Source: a virus (lineage: Duplodnaviria > Caudoviricetes). Taken from it: a stretch of 61,365 nucleotides of DNA. The notes below the pieces were generated by a model. That model did no database searches, was not told the DNA's origin, and saw nothing but the letters and a program-made list of their open reading frames with translations. Position 1 is the first letter of the stretch, and each line of letters starts with the position of its first letter. The DNA is taken from the IMG/VR virus record IMGVR_UViG_3300008510_000002, positions 1 through 61,365 of that record. One strand, 5' to 3'. The position numbers and the translations under genes are program-made. This document shows positions 35,281-44,503 of the stretch, one piece after another.

Positions 35281-35313
35281 GGCTCCGCCAAAGCTCCGCC
35301 AAGGCTCCGCCCA
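35281..35313. repeat. 11-bp tandem repeat x3
   Basis: (G/A)GCTCCGCC(A/C)A x3 followed by hairpin GGTCCCG-TT-CGGGACC. Confidence 0.8.
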
Positions 35314-35359
35314 GGGGTCCCGTTCGGGACCGGATGTCAATCAACAATCACCAATCATC

Positions 35360-35647
35360 ATGACCAAACAAGCGTTCGACCTCATTCGCCTCAACATCTG
35401 TGGCAACTCGTTCATCGTGCCGCGTGACGCTGGCATGGCAGTGTTCAACCTCTTCGCCAACCATGATGTGTACCGTCAGCAGTATGAATGGGCCTCTGGC
35501 GGAGACGGTTACCAGTACGCAGCGCTCGTCGAAGAAGGCGCCGTCAAGCTGGAGTCCATCGGTCCGGTGGAGTTCGTGAAGCTCCGTGCGGAAGCTGAGC
35601 GCAAAGTCAAGGAGGCCGCTGAGAAGCGGGCCAAGGAGAAGGCATGA
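35360..35647 (+). CDS. Hypothetical protein
   Basis: 95 aa; codon usage typical of this genome. Confidence 0.75.
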   Translation: MTKQAFDLIRLNICGNSFIVPRDAGMAVFNLFANHDVYRQQYEWASGGDGYQYAALVEEGAVKLESIGPVEFVKLRAEAERKVKEAAEKRAKEKA

Positions 35648-36015
35648 TCGACGCGAAGCGAAACCTGAACACTACCTACCGGCTAGACCGCCGGCTCGAC
35701 GGGGTCTATATCAGAACCTTCCCCCCTGCCCCGGAAGCAGTAGCGGAAGCGTGGTACAGGACAGACCAGATACCGCAGTGGCTGCTCGAAGCCATGGCTC
35801 TGCTCGACGCGGCTGCACCCGCAAACGTCTCTGACATTGGGCACCGCGTGGGGGAGATGGTGTACTGGATAGAGCCCCCGCTCCGGGATACGGCGGGGCA
35901 TAGGATAGCGGCGATGTTAAGCCCGCTAGACCACAACCGAGGCGAAGCCCTGCTGGGCAAATGGACCGACGAGTCGCATGAAGCGGTGAGGGTGCGGTAT
36001 GAAAAAACCCCCTGA
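35644..36015 (+). CDS. Hypothetical protein
   Basis: 123 aa; AAGGAG RBS; ATGA overlap. Confidence 0.7.
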   Translation: MIDAKRNLNTTYRLDRRLDGVYIRTFPPAPEAVAEAWYRTDQIPQWLLEAMALLDAAAPANVSDIGHRVGEMVYWIEPPLRDTAGHRIAAMLSPLDHNRGEALLGKWTDESHEAVRVRYEKTP

Positions 36016-36031
36016 CGCCCTTCAATGGCTG

Positions 36032-36060
36032 TTGACAGCCCCTTGGTGCCCTGCTACATT
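36032..36060 (+). promoter_or_regulatory. Sigma70-type promoter
   Basis: TTGACA-17 nt-TACATT with TG extension. Confidence 0.75.
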
Positions 36061-36190
36061 GGAGCTTCAATCAACGGAGTGGCCGTTCCCAGTCAGCATC
36101 GAAGCCTCAGGCTCGGTGCTGGTAGTCTCGCCGCCTGCCACTCGGGCTGCGCCTCTGCCGGATGAACCGGCGCTGTTCTGAAAGACCAAG

Positions 36191-36433
36191 ATGACTTTCG
36201 AGATCCAATCTGGCATTGACCTTCCCCGTCCCGCTCGTGGCCGCAAGGCTACCGAGTTCCCGCTGCTGGACATGCATGTGGGGCAGTCGTTCCTCATCCC
36301 CTTCGACACCAGCGAAGCGAAGCTGGTGGACTCGTGGCGCCGCAAGGTCGCTGCGGCCAAGAAGAAGGTGGAAGATGCGGAGTACCGCACGGCGACGATG
36401 TCTGATGGTCTGCGCGTCTGGCGCACTGCCTGA
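36191..36433 (+). CDS. Small putative DNA-binding protein
   Basis: FPLLDMHVGQSFLIP...GLRVWR pattern; has its own promoter and terminators. Confidence 0.7.
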   Translation: MTFEIQSGIDLPRPARGRKATEFPLLDMHVGQSFLIPFDTSEAKLVDSWRRKVAAAKKKVEDAEYRTATMSDGLRVWRTA

Positions 36434-36458
36434 CGACAGAGGCTCTGCCGACCACTCA

Positions 36459-36530
36459 ACGCTCCGCAAATGCGGGGCGTTTTTCATGGTCAAACGCTCA
36501 ACACCCCGCAGGGGCAGGGCGTTTTTCATG
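36459..36530 (+). terminator. Duplicated terminator-like hairpins
   Basis: CTCAAC..CCGCA..GGGCGTTTTTCATGG occurs twice in tandem. Confidence 0.7.
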
Positions 36531-36567
36531 GCCGCGCAAAACGCGGCGCAACCTAGGAGAGAGCAAA

Positions 36568-36762
36568 ATGAATGCACACAAGATCCTCGCGGGCCTGTTC
36601 CGGCCTGCGCCGGCCCAAGTGCTGGCAGCACGGGAACTGGACGACGCCCGCCGGCAATTGCTGGCCGCACAATCCGCCGAGGAGTACGCGCACTCCATGG
36701 CCGTCTATCACCAGCGCAGGATTGCCCGCTTGGAGCGGTATTTGAGGGGAGAGCAGGAATGA
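36568..36762 (+). CDS. Hypothetical protein
   Basis: 64 aa; CTAGGAG RBS. Confidence 0.75.
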   Translation: MNAHKILAGLFRPAPAQVLAARELDDARRQLLAAQSAEEYAHSMAVYHQRRIARLERYLRGEQE

Positions 36763-37016
36763 CCACCGAAGACGAAATCCGCAAGGTTCTGCACCCCGAG
36801 GCTTACGAGCCCATGCCGTTCAACCCACGCCCGCGCATCCCGCTCGGCTGCGACCAGCAGGGCCGCTACCCCCAAGCCGCTGAGCCCTGCATCGACCTCG
36901 ATGAACTGGGCGTGAAGGTTCCGCCGCCCCCAGAGCCGTGGTGGCCGTACATCCTGGGCGCAGTGGTGGGCCTGCTGGCCCTGGTGCTGGTGTTTGTGCC
37001 GCCGGGGGTGAAATGA
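36759..37016 (+). CDS. Hypothetical protein with C-terminal membrane anchor
   Basis: GCDQQGRYPQAAE; WWPYILGAVVGLLALVLVFV. Confidence 0.7.
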   Translation: MTTEDEIRKVLHPEAYEPMPFNPRPRIPLGCDQQGRYPQAAEPCIDLDELGVKVPPPPEPWWPYILGAVVGLLALVLVFVPPGVK

Positions 37017-37240
37017 CCACAACCCCCTACGTCGCCATCGGCCACGAGGAGCTTGGAGAGCCGACAGAGGCGATTCACTGCCCCCACTGCGACCAAGAGC
37101 ATCCCATCGAGTACGGAACCAGCAAAACGCTGCTACCTGACAACACATGGTCCGAGCCGGTGCCGAGCAAGCTGCTTGGGTACTACAAGTGCCAGGGCAA
37201 GTTGTACCTCGGAACAATCCAAGGAAGGAAGTGGAAATGA
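37013..37240 (+). CDS. Hypothetical CxxC protein
   Basis: 75 aa; ATGA overlaps. Confidence 0.7.
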   Translation: MTTTPYVAIGHEELGEPTEAIHCPHCDQEHPIEYGTSKTLLPDNTWSEPVPSKLLGYYKCQGKLYLGTIQGRKWK

Positions 37241-38013
37241 CCACCCTACGCAAAGCCGCCCAGCAGGCGCTGGAGGCGTTGGAAAAGTACCGGCAAATGA
37301 TGTTCGCGGAAGCTGGGTGCCGTTGGGACGGTGGTGATGCCGCAATCACCGCCCTTGAGGCCGCCCTGGCGCAGGAGCAGGCAGTCACCGACGACATGCG
37401 CTCCGCTGTGCGCTGGGCGCCCAGCAGCGCCTATTGGTCCGATCGGCTTCGCGAGTTCTTTGGCCCCGACGCCCGAGAGGGCATCGACGCGCTGGAACGC
37501 AGGCTCGCGGAGCCCGATCTCTCCCGCTGCCCACAGTGCAACGGCCCCGCCGACAACGGCCACGATCGCAGCATCCCGCCGAGCCCGTACCTATGCACGA
37601 AGTGCATGGCCGAACCGACGCAGGAGCAGGCCGAGCCGAAGTCGCTACCCTGCCCGACACCGAAGACCTGCCGAGAGCACTGCTGCGGCGGCTGGTGCGG
37701 TCCTCGTGCCGAGCCGGCGCAGGAGCAGGCCGAGCCGACGCAGGAGCCGGTGGCGTGGCTGCAGCCCAAGACCGTAGACGGGTATTCGCGCCCAGACCTC
37801 GGCTATGAGACGTGCTCAAAGACGGACTACGGGGCTTTCGCGGTTCACACCGCCCCGCCCCGGCGCACGATGATGCCGCTGACGGCACAGCAACTAGACG
37901 GAGTCATTGAACGCCACGTTGGAGGGTCTGAGATCACTGATGATGTGTATGCGTCGATGGAACAATTCGCCCGCGCCATCGAGAAAGCCTCATGGGAGAA
38001 GAATCATGGATAA
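37237..38013 (+). CDS. Mosaic hypothetical protein
   Basis: LRKAAQQALEALE start; repeated AEPxQEQ linkers; QEPVAW. Confidence 0.75.
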   Translation: MTTLRKAAQQALEALEKYRQMMFAEAGCRWDGGDAAITALEAALAQEQAVTDDMRSAVRWAPSSAYWSDRLREFFGPDAREGIDALERRLAEPDLSRCPQCNGPADNGHDRSIPPSPYLCTKCMAEPTQEQAEPKSLPCPTPKTCREHCCGGWCGPRAEPAQEQAEPTQEPVAWLQPKTVDGYSRPDLGYETCSKTDYGAFAVHTAPPRRTMMPLTAQQLDGVIERHVGGSEITDDVYASMEQFARAIEKASWEKNHG

Positions 38014-38377
38014 GCCTGAAGCACTATTCTTGGCCGATGAACTTGAAGCCCCGCTAGGCACCGTCATCGGTGCTGAGTTGGATCGACGCGCCGCCGCCGA
38101 ACTGCGCCGACTTCATGCGGAGAACGAGCGGCTGAGTGCTACGGTCAAGGCTCGGGAGGATGAAATCCTGACGCACAGCGAGGCGTTCTACGAGGCCACG
38201 AGACTGCTTTCCGAAGAACGAGAGAAGAACGAGCGCCTGCACGCCCAGCGCGATGCGCTGCTGGAGGCGTTGAAGGAAATTGTGGGCGCTGCTGACGGTA
38301 AAGGTTGGGAGCAGCTTGACCCGTCATTCAAGAAAGCACGCGCCGCCATCAAGGCAGTGGAAGGAGAAAAGAGATGA
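38006..38377 (+). CDS. Hypothetical coiled-coil protein
   Basis: KPEALFLADEL...AAAELRRLH...QRDALLEAL. Confidence 0.75.
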   Translation: MDKPEALFLADELEAPLGTVIGAELDRRAAAELRRLHAENERLSATVKAREDEILTHSEAFYEATRLLSEEREKNERLHAQRDALLEALKEIVGAADGKGWEQLDPSFKKARAAIKAVEGEKR

Positions 38378-38724
38378 AGCCTGAAGCACTGCGGTTGGCT
38401 GATGCGTTGGATGCCTATTGGGCTGGCGCAAACGGCCACGATAGAGAACGCCAAGCCGCCGCCGAACTGCGCCGGTTGCACGACGAAAACAAAATACTGC
38501 ACCAGTGGCACCACGATGCCAACTTGGCGTACACGCGGGTTCTGGTCCAGCGCGATGCGCTGCTGGCCGAACACCAGCAGACCCTGGCCCTGCAGCAGCG
38601 CAGCTACGAGCGCGAGATTCAGCTTGAGGTGGAGGCTGAGAGGGAGGCGTGTGCCAAGGTGTGCGGTAAACATGAGTTCGCTTTGAGTGCCGCTGACGAA
38701 ATCCGAGCAAGGGGGAACAAATGA
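38374..38724 (+). CDS. Hypothetical coiled-coil protein, partial paralog of previous gene
   Basis: KPEALRLADAL...AAAELRRLH...QRDALL...AEREACAK. Confidence 0.75.
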   Translation: MKPEALRLADALDAYWAGANGHDRERQAAAELRRLHDENKILHQWHHDANLAYTRVLVQRDALLAEHQQTLALQQRSYEREIQLEVEAEREACAKVCGKHEFALSAADEIRARGNK

Positions 38725-38969
38725 ACCGCGAAGTCTGTGGCATCTGTTGGTGCCCCTACGACGAAAAAGGAGGCTGCGGATGCACGTCCCTCGACGCAGC
38801 CATGCAGCAGCCCCGCGCCATGGCACAGGCATACGAGAACGGCTACAAGGCAGGGGCTGTTGCGGAACGCGAACGCATCATCAAGTTCCTACAGGAAATG
38901 CAGCGGCAGGTTGGCGACGCGCACAATCATTACGGCGTCGCTGCTGTGCGGATCAAGGAGGGCGTATGA
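38721..38969 (+). CDS. Hypothetical protein
   Basis: 82 aa; AERERI motif; ATGA overlap. Confidence 0.7.
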   Translation: MNREVCGICWCPYDEKGGCGCTSLDAAMQQPRAMAQAYENGYKAGAVAERERIIKFLQEMQRQVGDAHNHYGVAAVRIKEGV

Positions 38970-39286
38970 CCGACAGAGAACTGCTGGAGCTTGCTGCGAA
39001 AGCAGTGGGCAAAACGAAAGCTAGGTACGTTGAAATCTGGGGCGCTATGGCGGACCCAGCAGAAGACGGATTCGACTACCGGACTTACTGGAACCCCATC
39101 GCCAACGACGGCGATGCGCTGCGGCTGGCGGTGAAGTTGGGGCTGGTAGTGGATTGCAGCCGCCCGTCTGCTGGTGAACCGTGGAAACAACATGCAATCT
39201 GGCTGGATGAAACCATGAGCAATGCAGAACTCACCCGCCGCGCCATCGTCCGCGCTGCGGCAGAGATTGGGAGGCAGATGCCATGA
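38966..39286 (+). CDS. Hypothetical phage protein
   Basis: DRELLELAAKA...WNP..DGDALRLAVKL...RRAIVRAAAEIG. Confidence 0.8.
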   Translation: MTDRELLELAAKAVGKTKARYVEIWGAMADPAEDGFDYRTYWNPIANDGDALRLAVKLGLVVDCSRPSAGEPWKQHAIWLDETMSNAELTRRAIVRAAAEIGRQMP

Positions 39287-39429
39287 CCCGCGAACAGTAC
39301 CTCAACATCCTCATCCTGCTCAGCACCTTGGAGTCGCTGATGTTGGCGAACAAGGTGCCGATCCCGGAAGGGCTTTTTGACGACTTGGAGTGGGCAACGG
39401 GGCAACTCCGTAAGGAGATTCTGAAATGA
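39283..39429 (+). CDS. Small hypothetical protein (48 aa)
   Basis: MTREQYLNILILLSTLES...; GGAGG RBS; ATGA overlaps. Confidence 0.65.
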   Translation: MTREQYLNILILLSTLESLMLANKVPIPEGLFDDLEWATGQLRKEILK

Positions 39430-39587
39430 AACAACGCACCAGAATCAAACGCATCAAAGACCGTATGTACCCGGGCTACATCCAACTCGCTCGCATGAGG
39501 CGAGCGTGGGCCAAGGTTCGGCAGGTAGGGCGCAGCATCAGCGAAGCCATGCGTGATGCTTACGCGAAAGCGAGGGCGGAGACATGA
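39426..39587 (+). CDS. Small basic hypothetical protein (53 aa)
   Basis: AAGGAG RBS; ATGA overlaps at both ends. Confidence 0.6.
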   Translation: MKQRTRIKRIKDRMYPGYIQLARMRRAWAKVRQVGRSISEAMRDAYAKARAET

Positions 39588-39838
39588 CCGTACAGACCAA
39601 AAGCCCCGGCTACCGGAACCAAAACACAGCGGAACTGGTAGCGCTGCTGGTGAAGAAGCCACGCACTGTTGAAGAACTCATGCCCTTGGTTGGCATTACA
39701 GAGCGTACACTGCGTGCATGGCTGCGTGCATTCATCGACGAGGGCTTGCTTCGAGTGGACCGGCCCCGCGACGGCAAACCCGGCGTTTCGCCTGGGGTCT
39801 ATCACTGGGATCCGATTTGGGAAAGGAAAGAGAAATGA
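39584..39838 (+). CDS. Winged helix-turn-helix protein
   Basis: PRTVEELMPLVGITERTLRAWLRAFIDEGLL. Confidence 0.7.
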   Translation: MTVQTKSPGYRNQNTAELVALLVKKPRTVEELMPLVGITERTLRAWLRAFIDEGLLRVDRPRDGKPGVSPGVYHWDPIWERKEK

Positions 39839-40047
39839 CAAAACTACCACCGCCCGCCGGTATGATGACGGTCACCTACGAGCTTGATCGAAGGGTCAAG
39901 GTGCCCATGTGGGATGAGGCTGCGCTGAGAGGCTACGCTGCCGCAGCAGTGCAAGCAGAGCGCCAACGGTGTCTTGACCTCCTCGACGAACACGCCCGTG
40001 CCGTAGACGTGTGGCACGTGAGAACGCTGATCAAGGGGGAAGCATGA
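39835..40047 (+). CDS. Hypothetical protein
   Basis: 70 aa; AERQRC motif; ATGA overlaps. Confidence 0.65.
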   Translation: MTKLPPPAGMMTVTYELDRRVKVPMWDEAALRGYAAAAVQAERQRCLDLLDEHARAVDVWHVRTLIKGEA

Positions 40048-40265
40048 GCGCCAACAACACCGGACCAAACCATTACAAGGATAAGCCCCTTCAGCCCTGG
40101 GACTTCATCATCTCCAACAACCTCGGCTACTTGGAAGGGAACGTCATCAAGTACATCTCCCGGTGGCGGCAGAAAGGCGGGGTCGAAGATCTCCGCAAGG
40201 CCAAGCACTACATCGAGAAGCTGATTGAAACGGCCCTGGACGAGCCCACCAAGGGGACCAAATGA
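40044..40265 (+). CDS. DUF3310 (SaV-like) protein
   Basis: HYK..LQPWDFI...GNVIKYISRW..KGG.EDLRKA.HY. Confidence 0.88.
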   Translation: MSANNTGPNHYKDKPLQPWDFIISNNLGYLEGNVIKYISRWRQKGGVEDLRKAKHYIEKLIETALDEPTKGTK

Positions 40266-40570
40266 GAACCCCGGAAAACGCAGTAAAAGCCAAGTGCGTC
40301 GAGATCATCAAGAAGTACAAGGCGTACCACTTCTTCCCAGCACAGAACGGCTACGGGCGTGCAGGTATCCCCGACATCATTGTCTGCTTTCGCGGCCTAT
40401 TCTTGGGCATCGAATGCAAAGCCGGATTCAACAAGCCCACTGCCCTTCAAGAGCGTGAGATGGCAGAGATCCACAAGGCCGGGGGCAGCGCCATGGTGGT
40501 GCGGGAAGACACGATTGAACTACTGGAACAGTGGTTTATGACGACAACCCAACTGCTGGCGAGGGACTGA
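40262..40570 (+). CDS. VRR-NUC domain nuclease
   Basis: E..VK, GIPDII, GIECKA, PTALQ, AGG. Confidence 0.88.
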   Translation: MRTPENAVKAKCVEIIKKYKAYHFFPAQNGYGRAGIPDIIVCFRGLFLGIECKAGFNKPTALQEREMAEIHKAGGSAMVVREDTIELLEQWFMTTTQLLARD

Positions 40571-42426
40571 TGGAAGTCCTAACAGCGGATATAGAGACCT
40601 ACTACGACAAGGAGTACAGCCTAACGAAGCTCACGACAGAGGAGTACGTCCGCGACCCACGTTTTGAAGTCATCATGGTCGGCTTGCGCTGGCCGGATGG
40701 CCGCACCGAGATCATCGACGGCACCCACCTGGAGATCAAACACCGGTTCGACGAGATCGAGTGGGGCCGCTACGCGGTCCTGTGCCACAACACCATGTTC
40801 GACGCTGCCATCCTGGCGTGGCGCTTCGGTGTGAACCCCGCTGCGTGGCTGGATACCCTGTCCATGGGCCGCGCCATGTTCGGGGCGAGGAACAACTCCC
40901 TGGCGTCGCTCGCCAAGCGCTACAACCTGGAGGACAAGGGCACCACGGTGCAGAACATGATGGGCAGGCGCAGGGCGACCCTGAGCCCTGCCGAGTTCCA
41001 ACAGTACGCCGAGTACTGCCTGCTGGACGTAGAGCTATGCCACCAGCTATGGCAACTCATGTCTACCGGATGGTACAACCTGGGCGAAGTTGACAACCGT
41101 GGGCCGTTCCCCCTACAGGAACTAAAGCTCATCGACCTGCACATCCGCATGTTCACGGAGCCCATGCTGCGGTTGAACCTGCCCAAGCTCGAAGCGCACT
41201 TGGAAGAGGTACTGGCGCACAAGGCTGCGCTGATGCAGCGGGTCACGGTGGACAAGACTGAGTTGATGTCGAACGCTCGGTTCGCCGTCCTCCTTGAGGA
41301 CCTGGGCGTGGAGGTGCCCACCAAGATCAGCCCGACCACGGGGAAGCAGACCTTCGCCTTCGCCAAGACCGACCCCGGCATGAAGGCGCTGCTGGAGCAC
41401 GAATCGCCCGAGGTGCAGGCACTGGCCGCTGCCCGCCTGGGTGTGAAGAGCACCCTGGAGGAGACGAGAACTCAGCGGTTCATTGACATTGCCAAACGGG
41501 ATCCACGGTTCCCCGTGCCGTTGAAGTACGCTTATGCGCGTACGAAGCGCTCGTCGGGGGGCGATGGGATCAACCTCCAGAACTTACCTTCTCGCGGCAA
41601 CGTCGGGCTCAAGGAGTGCATCGAGGCCCCGCCCGGGTGGGTGATCATCAACTGCGACTCGTCCAACATCGAAGCCCGCATGCTGGCGTGGTGGGCTGGG
41701 CAGGATGACCTCGTGCAAGATTTCGCCAACGGCGTCGATGTGTACTGCAAACAAGGGACCTCAATCTTTGGAAGAACCATCACTAAAGCGGATACTAAAG
41801 AACGCTTCACATCAAAAACCGTCGTACTTGGTTGCGGATATTCCACGGGGGCGGCAAAATTACAGGTAACTCTTAAGGCGGCTAAGCCTTCAGTTGATCT
41901 ACCTATTGAAGAATGCGAGCGGATTATCAGGGTGTATCGTGATAGCGTACCGAAGATCGTGAACCTGTGGTCCGAGGGTGAAAAAGCCATCCGCGCCATG
42001 TACGATGAAAACAGCATGTGGTTCGGTCGGGAAGGAGTGGTAAGGATTGAAGGCAAGCGTGGGGTACTTTTACCCAGCGGCCTATACATCAGCTACCCGC
42101 AACTTCACCGCGTGTTCGACTCCGGCAGGCACCGTTGGCAGTACAAGGACGACACAGGTCTGGTGGACCTTTATGGTGGTAAGCTGGTGGAGAACGTCTG
42201 TCAAGCCCTTGCTCGGATCATCGTCATGTACCAGATGTTGCGCATTGCGCGTAAACTCCCGACGAAGCTCACCGTGCACGACAGCGTCGTTGCCCTGGCC
42301 CGGGAAGAAGAGGTCGATGCTGCTCGGGCCTACGTCGAGGAGTGCATGCGGTGGGTGCCCGCCTGGGCCAAGGGCTGTCCGATCAATTGCGAATCCGGCG
42401 TGGGCCGGAACTACGGGGAAGCATGA
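40570..42426 (+). CDS. Family A DNA polymerase with 3'-5' exonuclease domain
   Basis: Exo I DIET, Exo II HNTMFD, Exo III YCLLD; NLQN; motif A DSSNIEAR; motif B R...K...LG..Y; motif C VHD. Confidence 0.93.
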   Translation: MEVLTADIETYYDKEYSLTKLTTEEYVRDPRFEVIMVGLRWPDGRTEIIDGTHLEIKHRFDEIEWGRYAVLCHNTMFDAAILAWRFGVNPAAWLDTLSMGRAMFGARNNSLASLAKRYNLEDKGTTVQNMMGRRRATLSPAEFQQYAEYCLLDVELCHQLWQLMSTGWYNLGEVDNRGPFPLQELKLIDLHIRMFTEPMLRLNLPKLEAHLEEVLAHKAALMQRVTVDKTELMSNARFAVLLEDLGVEVPTKISPTTGKQTFAFAKTDPGMKALLEHESPEVQALAAARLGVKSTLEETRTQRFIDIAKRDPRFPVPLKYAYARTKRSSGGDGINLQNLPSRGNVGLKECIEAPPGWVIINCDSSNIEARMLAWWAGQDDLVQDFANGVDVYCKQGTSIFGRTITKADTKERFTSKTVVLGCGYSTGAAKLQVTLKAAKPSVDLPIEECERIIRVYRDSVPKIVNLWSEGEKAIRAMYDENSMWFGREGVVRIEGKRGVLLPSGLYISYPQLHRVFDSGRHRWQYKDDTGLVDLYGGKLVENVCQALARIIVMYQMLRIARKLPTKLTVHDSVVALAREEEVDAARAYVEECMRWVPAWAKGCPINCESGVGRNYGEA

Positions 42427-42623
42427 ACGAGAATCTCAACGACTACGCGATGCCGCTCATGACCATCGAGCGATTCGCCAAGCAGATCCATGACCTGTGC
42501 CTGGAGCACCGGTACGCCGAGGCAGGGGAGATGGCCTTGCATCTTGGCGTGGAAGTGCGTATCCTTCAGGGCGTGCTAGCCATCATGGAGAACGGGCCCT
42601 CGGCCCGTCCGCGCTCGTCATGA
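42423..42623 (+). CDS. Hypothetical protein
   Basis: 66 aa from MNENLNDYA; ATGA overlaps. Confidence 0.65.
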   Translation: MNENLNDYAMPLMTIERFAKQIHDLCLEHRYAEAGEMALHLGVEVRILQGVLAIMENGPSARPRSS

Positions 42624-43303
42624 CACTGCCCGGACCCTGGTCCTACTCGTCGCTCAAGGCGTTCAAGACTTGCCCCAAAAAGTTCTTCGAGATACGTGTC
42701 GCCAAGAACTACAAGGAGCCTGAGCACACTGAGGCGACCCTGTACGGCAAGAACTTCCATACCGCTGCCGAGCACTTCATGAGGGACGGGGTCGAGCTAC
42801 CCCCGGAGTTCAGCTTCACCAAGCCTCATCTGAGCGCTCTTCGTTCGCTGCCTGGGACGAAGTACTGCGAGTACGAGATGGGCCTGACGAAGGAACTCAA
42901 GCCCTGTGGGTTCAAGGACAGCACGGTGTGGTGCCGGGGTGTGGCGGACCTGCTCATCATCAACGAGGAGAAGGGCATCGCCCGGGTGGTGGACTACAAG
43001 ACCAGCAAGTCTTCCAAGTACGCCGACACTGCACAGCTTGAGTTGATGGCGCTGATGGTGTTCAAGCACTTCCCGTTCATCCGCAAGGTCAAGGCGGGAC
43101 TGCTGTTCGTGGTTGCCAACAATTTCAAGCCTGCGGACTACGAAGTGTCCCAGGAGAAGATCTACTGGCGCCAGTGGATGGAAGATGTGCACAGACTTGA
43201 GGTCGCGCACAATCTGGGCGTGTGGAATCCCAGCCCTTCGGGCCTTTGTAAGCGACACTGCATTGTGCTGTCTTGCCCTCACAATGGGATGAATGGAGGT
43301 TAG
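42620..43303 (+). CDS. PD-(D/E)XK exonuclease (Cas4/RecB-like)
   Basis: SYSSL...CP, G..FH, E, RGVADL, VDYKT, QLELMA, terminal C..C..C cluster. Confidence 0.88.
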   Translation: MTLPGPWSYSSLKAFKTCPKKFFEIRVAKNYKEPEHTEATLYGKNFHTAAEHFMRDGVELPPEFSFTKPHLSALRSLPGTKYCEYEMGLTKELKPCGFKDSTVWCRGVADLLIINEEKGIARVVDYKTSKSSKYADTAQLELMALMVFKHFPFIRKVKAGLLFVVANNFKPADYEVSQEKIYWRQWMEDVHRLEVAHNLGVWNPSPSGLCKRHCIVLSCPHNGMNGG

Positions 43304-43304
43304 A

Positions 43305-43571
43305 ATGCCGTACAAAGACCCAAAAGATCGTAATTTTAAGAAAGAATACGCTGACTTCCTCGCCAATGGTGGCAGGGCCAAGCAGTCTGAACGGCAGCGG
43401 GCACGGCGTGCATGGGACAAAGAAAACGGCAGGGAGTCACGCAGGGGTAAGGCCCTGGACCATGTGACCCCTATCAAGGACGGTGGCAAGAGCAAGCCCG
43501 GGAACGTGCGGCTCAAGTCGTTCAGCGCGAACAGCGCTCGGAATTTCAAAGGCCCGAACTCGGGCAAGTGA
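43305..43571 (+). CDS. Small HNH-type endonuclease
   Basis: DHVTPIKDGG....NVR.....N..RN. Confidence 0.7.
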   Translation: MPYKDPKDRNFKKEYADFLANGGRAKQSERQRARRAWDKENGRESRRGKALDHVTPIKDGGKSKPGNVRLKSFSANSARNFKGPNSGK

Positions 43572-43668
43572 CCCCCCGGGGCTTCGACCCCGGTTCAGCC
43601 CTTCGGGGCATGTGTGCTCAACGGACTTTGTCCCTTGAGCGGTTTGTGTTTTGGAGCGGAGAATGGAA

Positions 43669-44196
43669 ATGAACCACGTAATGATCGACATCGAGACTCT
43701 GGGCACCCGCCCGGGGGACATCATCCTCAGCATCGGTGCTGTGAAATTCAGCCAGGACAAAGGTCTTGGCGAAGAGTTCTACGTCACCATCGACCCGGAG
43801 TCCTGCAAGGCAGTCGGCCTGCGTGCGCAGAAGAGTACCCTGGAGTGGTGGGGCAAGCAGTCGGAGGAAGCCCGCAAGGCAGCGTTCAAGGGGGAGTTCA
43901 GCCTGGAGATCGCCCTGACCAAGCTCACGATGTGGATGCCCCCGCTGGACACCGCATTCGTCTGGGGTAATGGTGCCAATTTCGACAACGCACTGGTGGC
44001 CGCTGCGTACCGGGCTGTGAAGCACGATGTGCCCTGGCACTACTGGAACGACCGCTGCTACCGCACCATCGCCGCGATGTTCATGAAGTACAAGGTCGAG
44101 CGGGTAGGCACCGGACACGTTGCGCTTGACGACGCCAAGACACAGGCACTGCGCCTGCTGCGCATGGCAGAGGATCACAAGTTCCAAATCAAGTAG
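43669..44196 (+). CDS. DEDD 3'-5' exonuclease (Rv2179c-like)
   Basis: MIDIETL, ILSIGAV, WGNGANFD, RCYRT, HVALDDA..QA. Confidence 0.88.
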   Translation: MNHVMIDIETLGTRPGDIILSIGAVKFSQDKGLGEEFYVTIDPESCKAVGLRAQKSTLEWWGKQSEEARKAAFKGEFSLEIALTKLTMWMPPLDTAFVWGNGANFDNALVAAAYRAVKHDVPWHYWNDRCYRTIAAMFMKYKVERVGTGHVALDDAKTQALRLLRMAEDHKFQIK

Positions 44197-44225
44197 CCCT
44201 ATCAAAATCCAGACCGAGTAATCCT

Positions 44226-44489
44226 ATGAAAACCTGCAATACCTGCAAACATTGGCAGACCGACCCCGATGCCTTTGTGCATGTCAAATCGTATTACGCA
44301 CCCATAGATCCAGATACTTTCCGTCCAATGCGTATGCCATTCGAGGTGCGCGAATGTATGCACCCAGCAAAGACGTTCTGCGAACGTCCGGTAGAGCCCA
44401 ACGGGTTCGGCGTGGTGGACGGTAGCACATTTATGGCTATTCTTTTGACAGGTGAAAAATTTGGGTGCGTAAGGCACGAAGACGCCTAA
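44226..44489 (+). CDS. Hypothetical Cys-rich protein, low GC
   Basis: CNTCKHW...C...T..KFGCVRH. Confidence 0.7.
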   Translation: MKTCNTCKHWQTDPDAFVHVKSYYAPIDPDTFRPMRMPFEVRECMHPAKTFCERPVEPNGFGVVDGSTFMAILLTGEKFGCVRHEDA

Positions 44490-44503
44490 TAAGTGAACAA
44501 CCA

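Noticed and set aside
35999-36181. 60-aa ORF MKKPPDALQW...
   Set aside because: Overlaps a consensus promoter and a structured leader; probably not coding, though not excluded
42620-43303. Cas4 as part of a CRISPR system
   Set aside because: No cas1/cas2 and no repeat-spacer array seen; Cas4-like nucleases are common in phage replication modules
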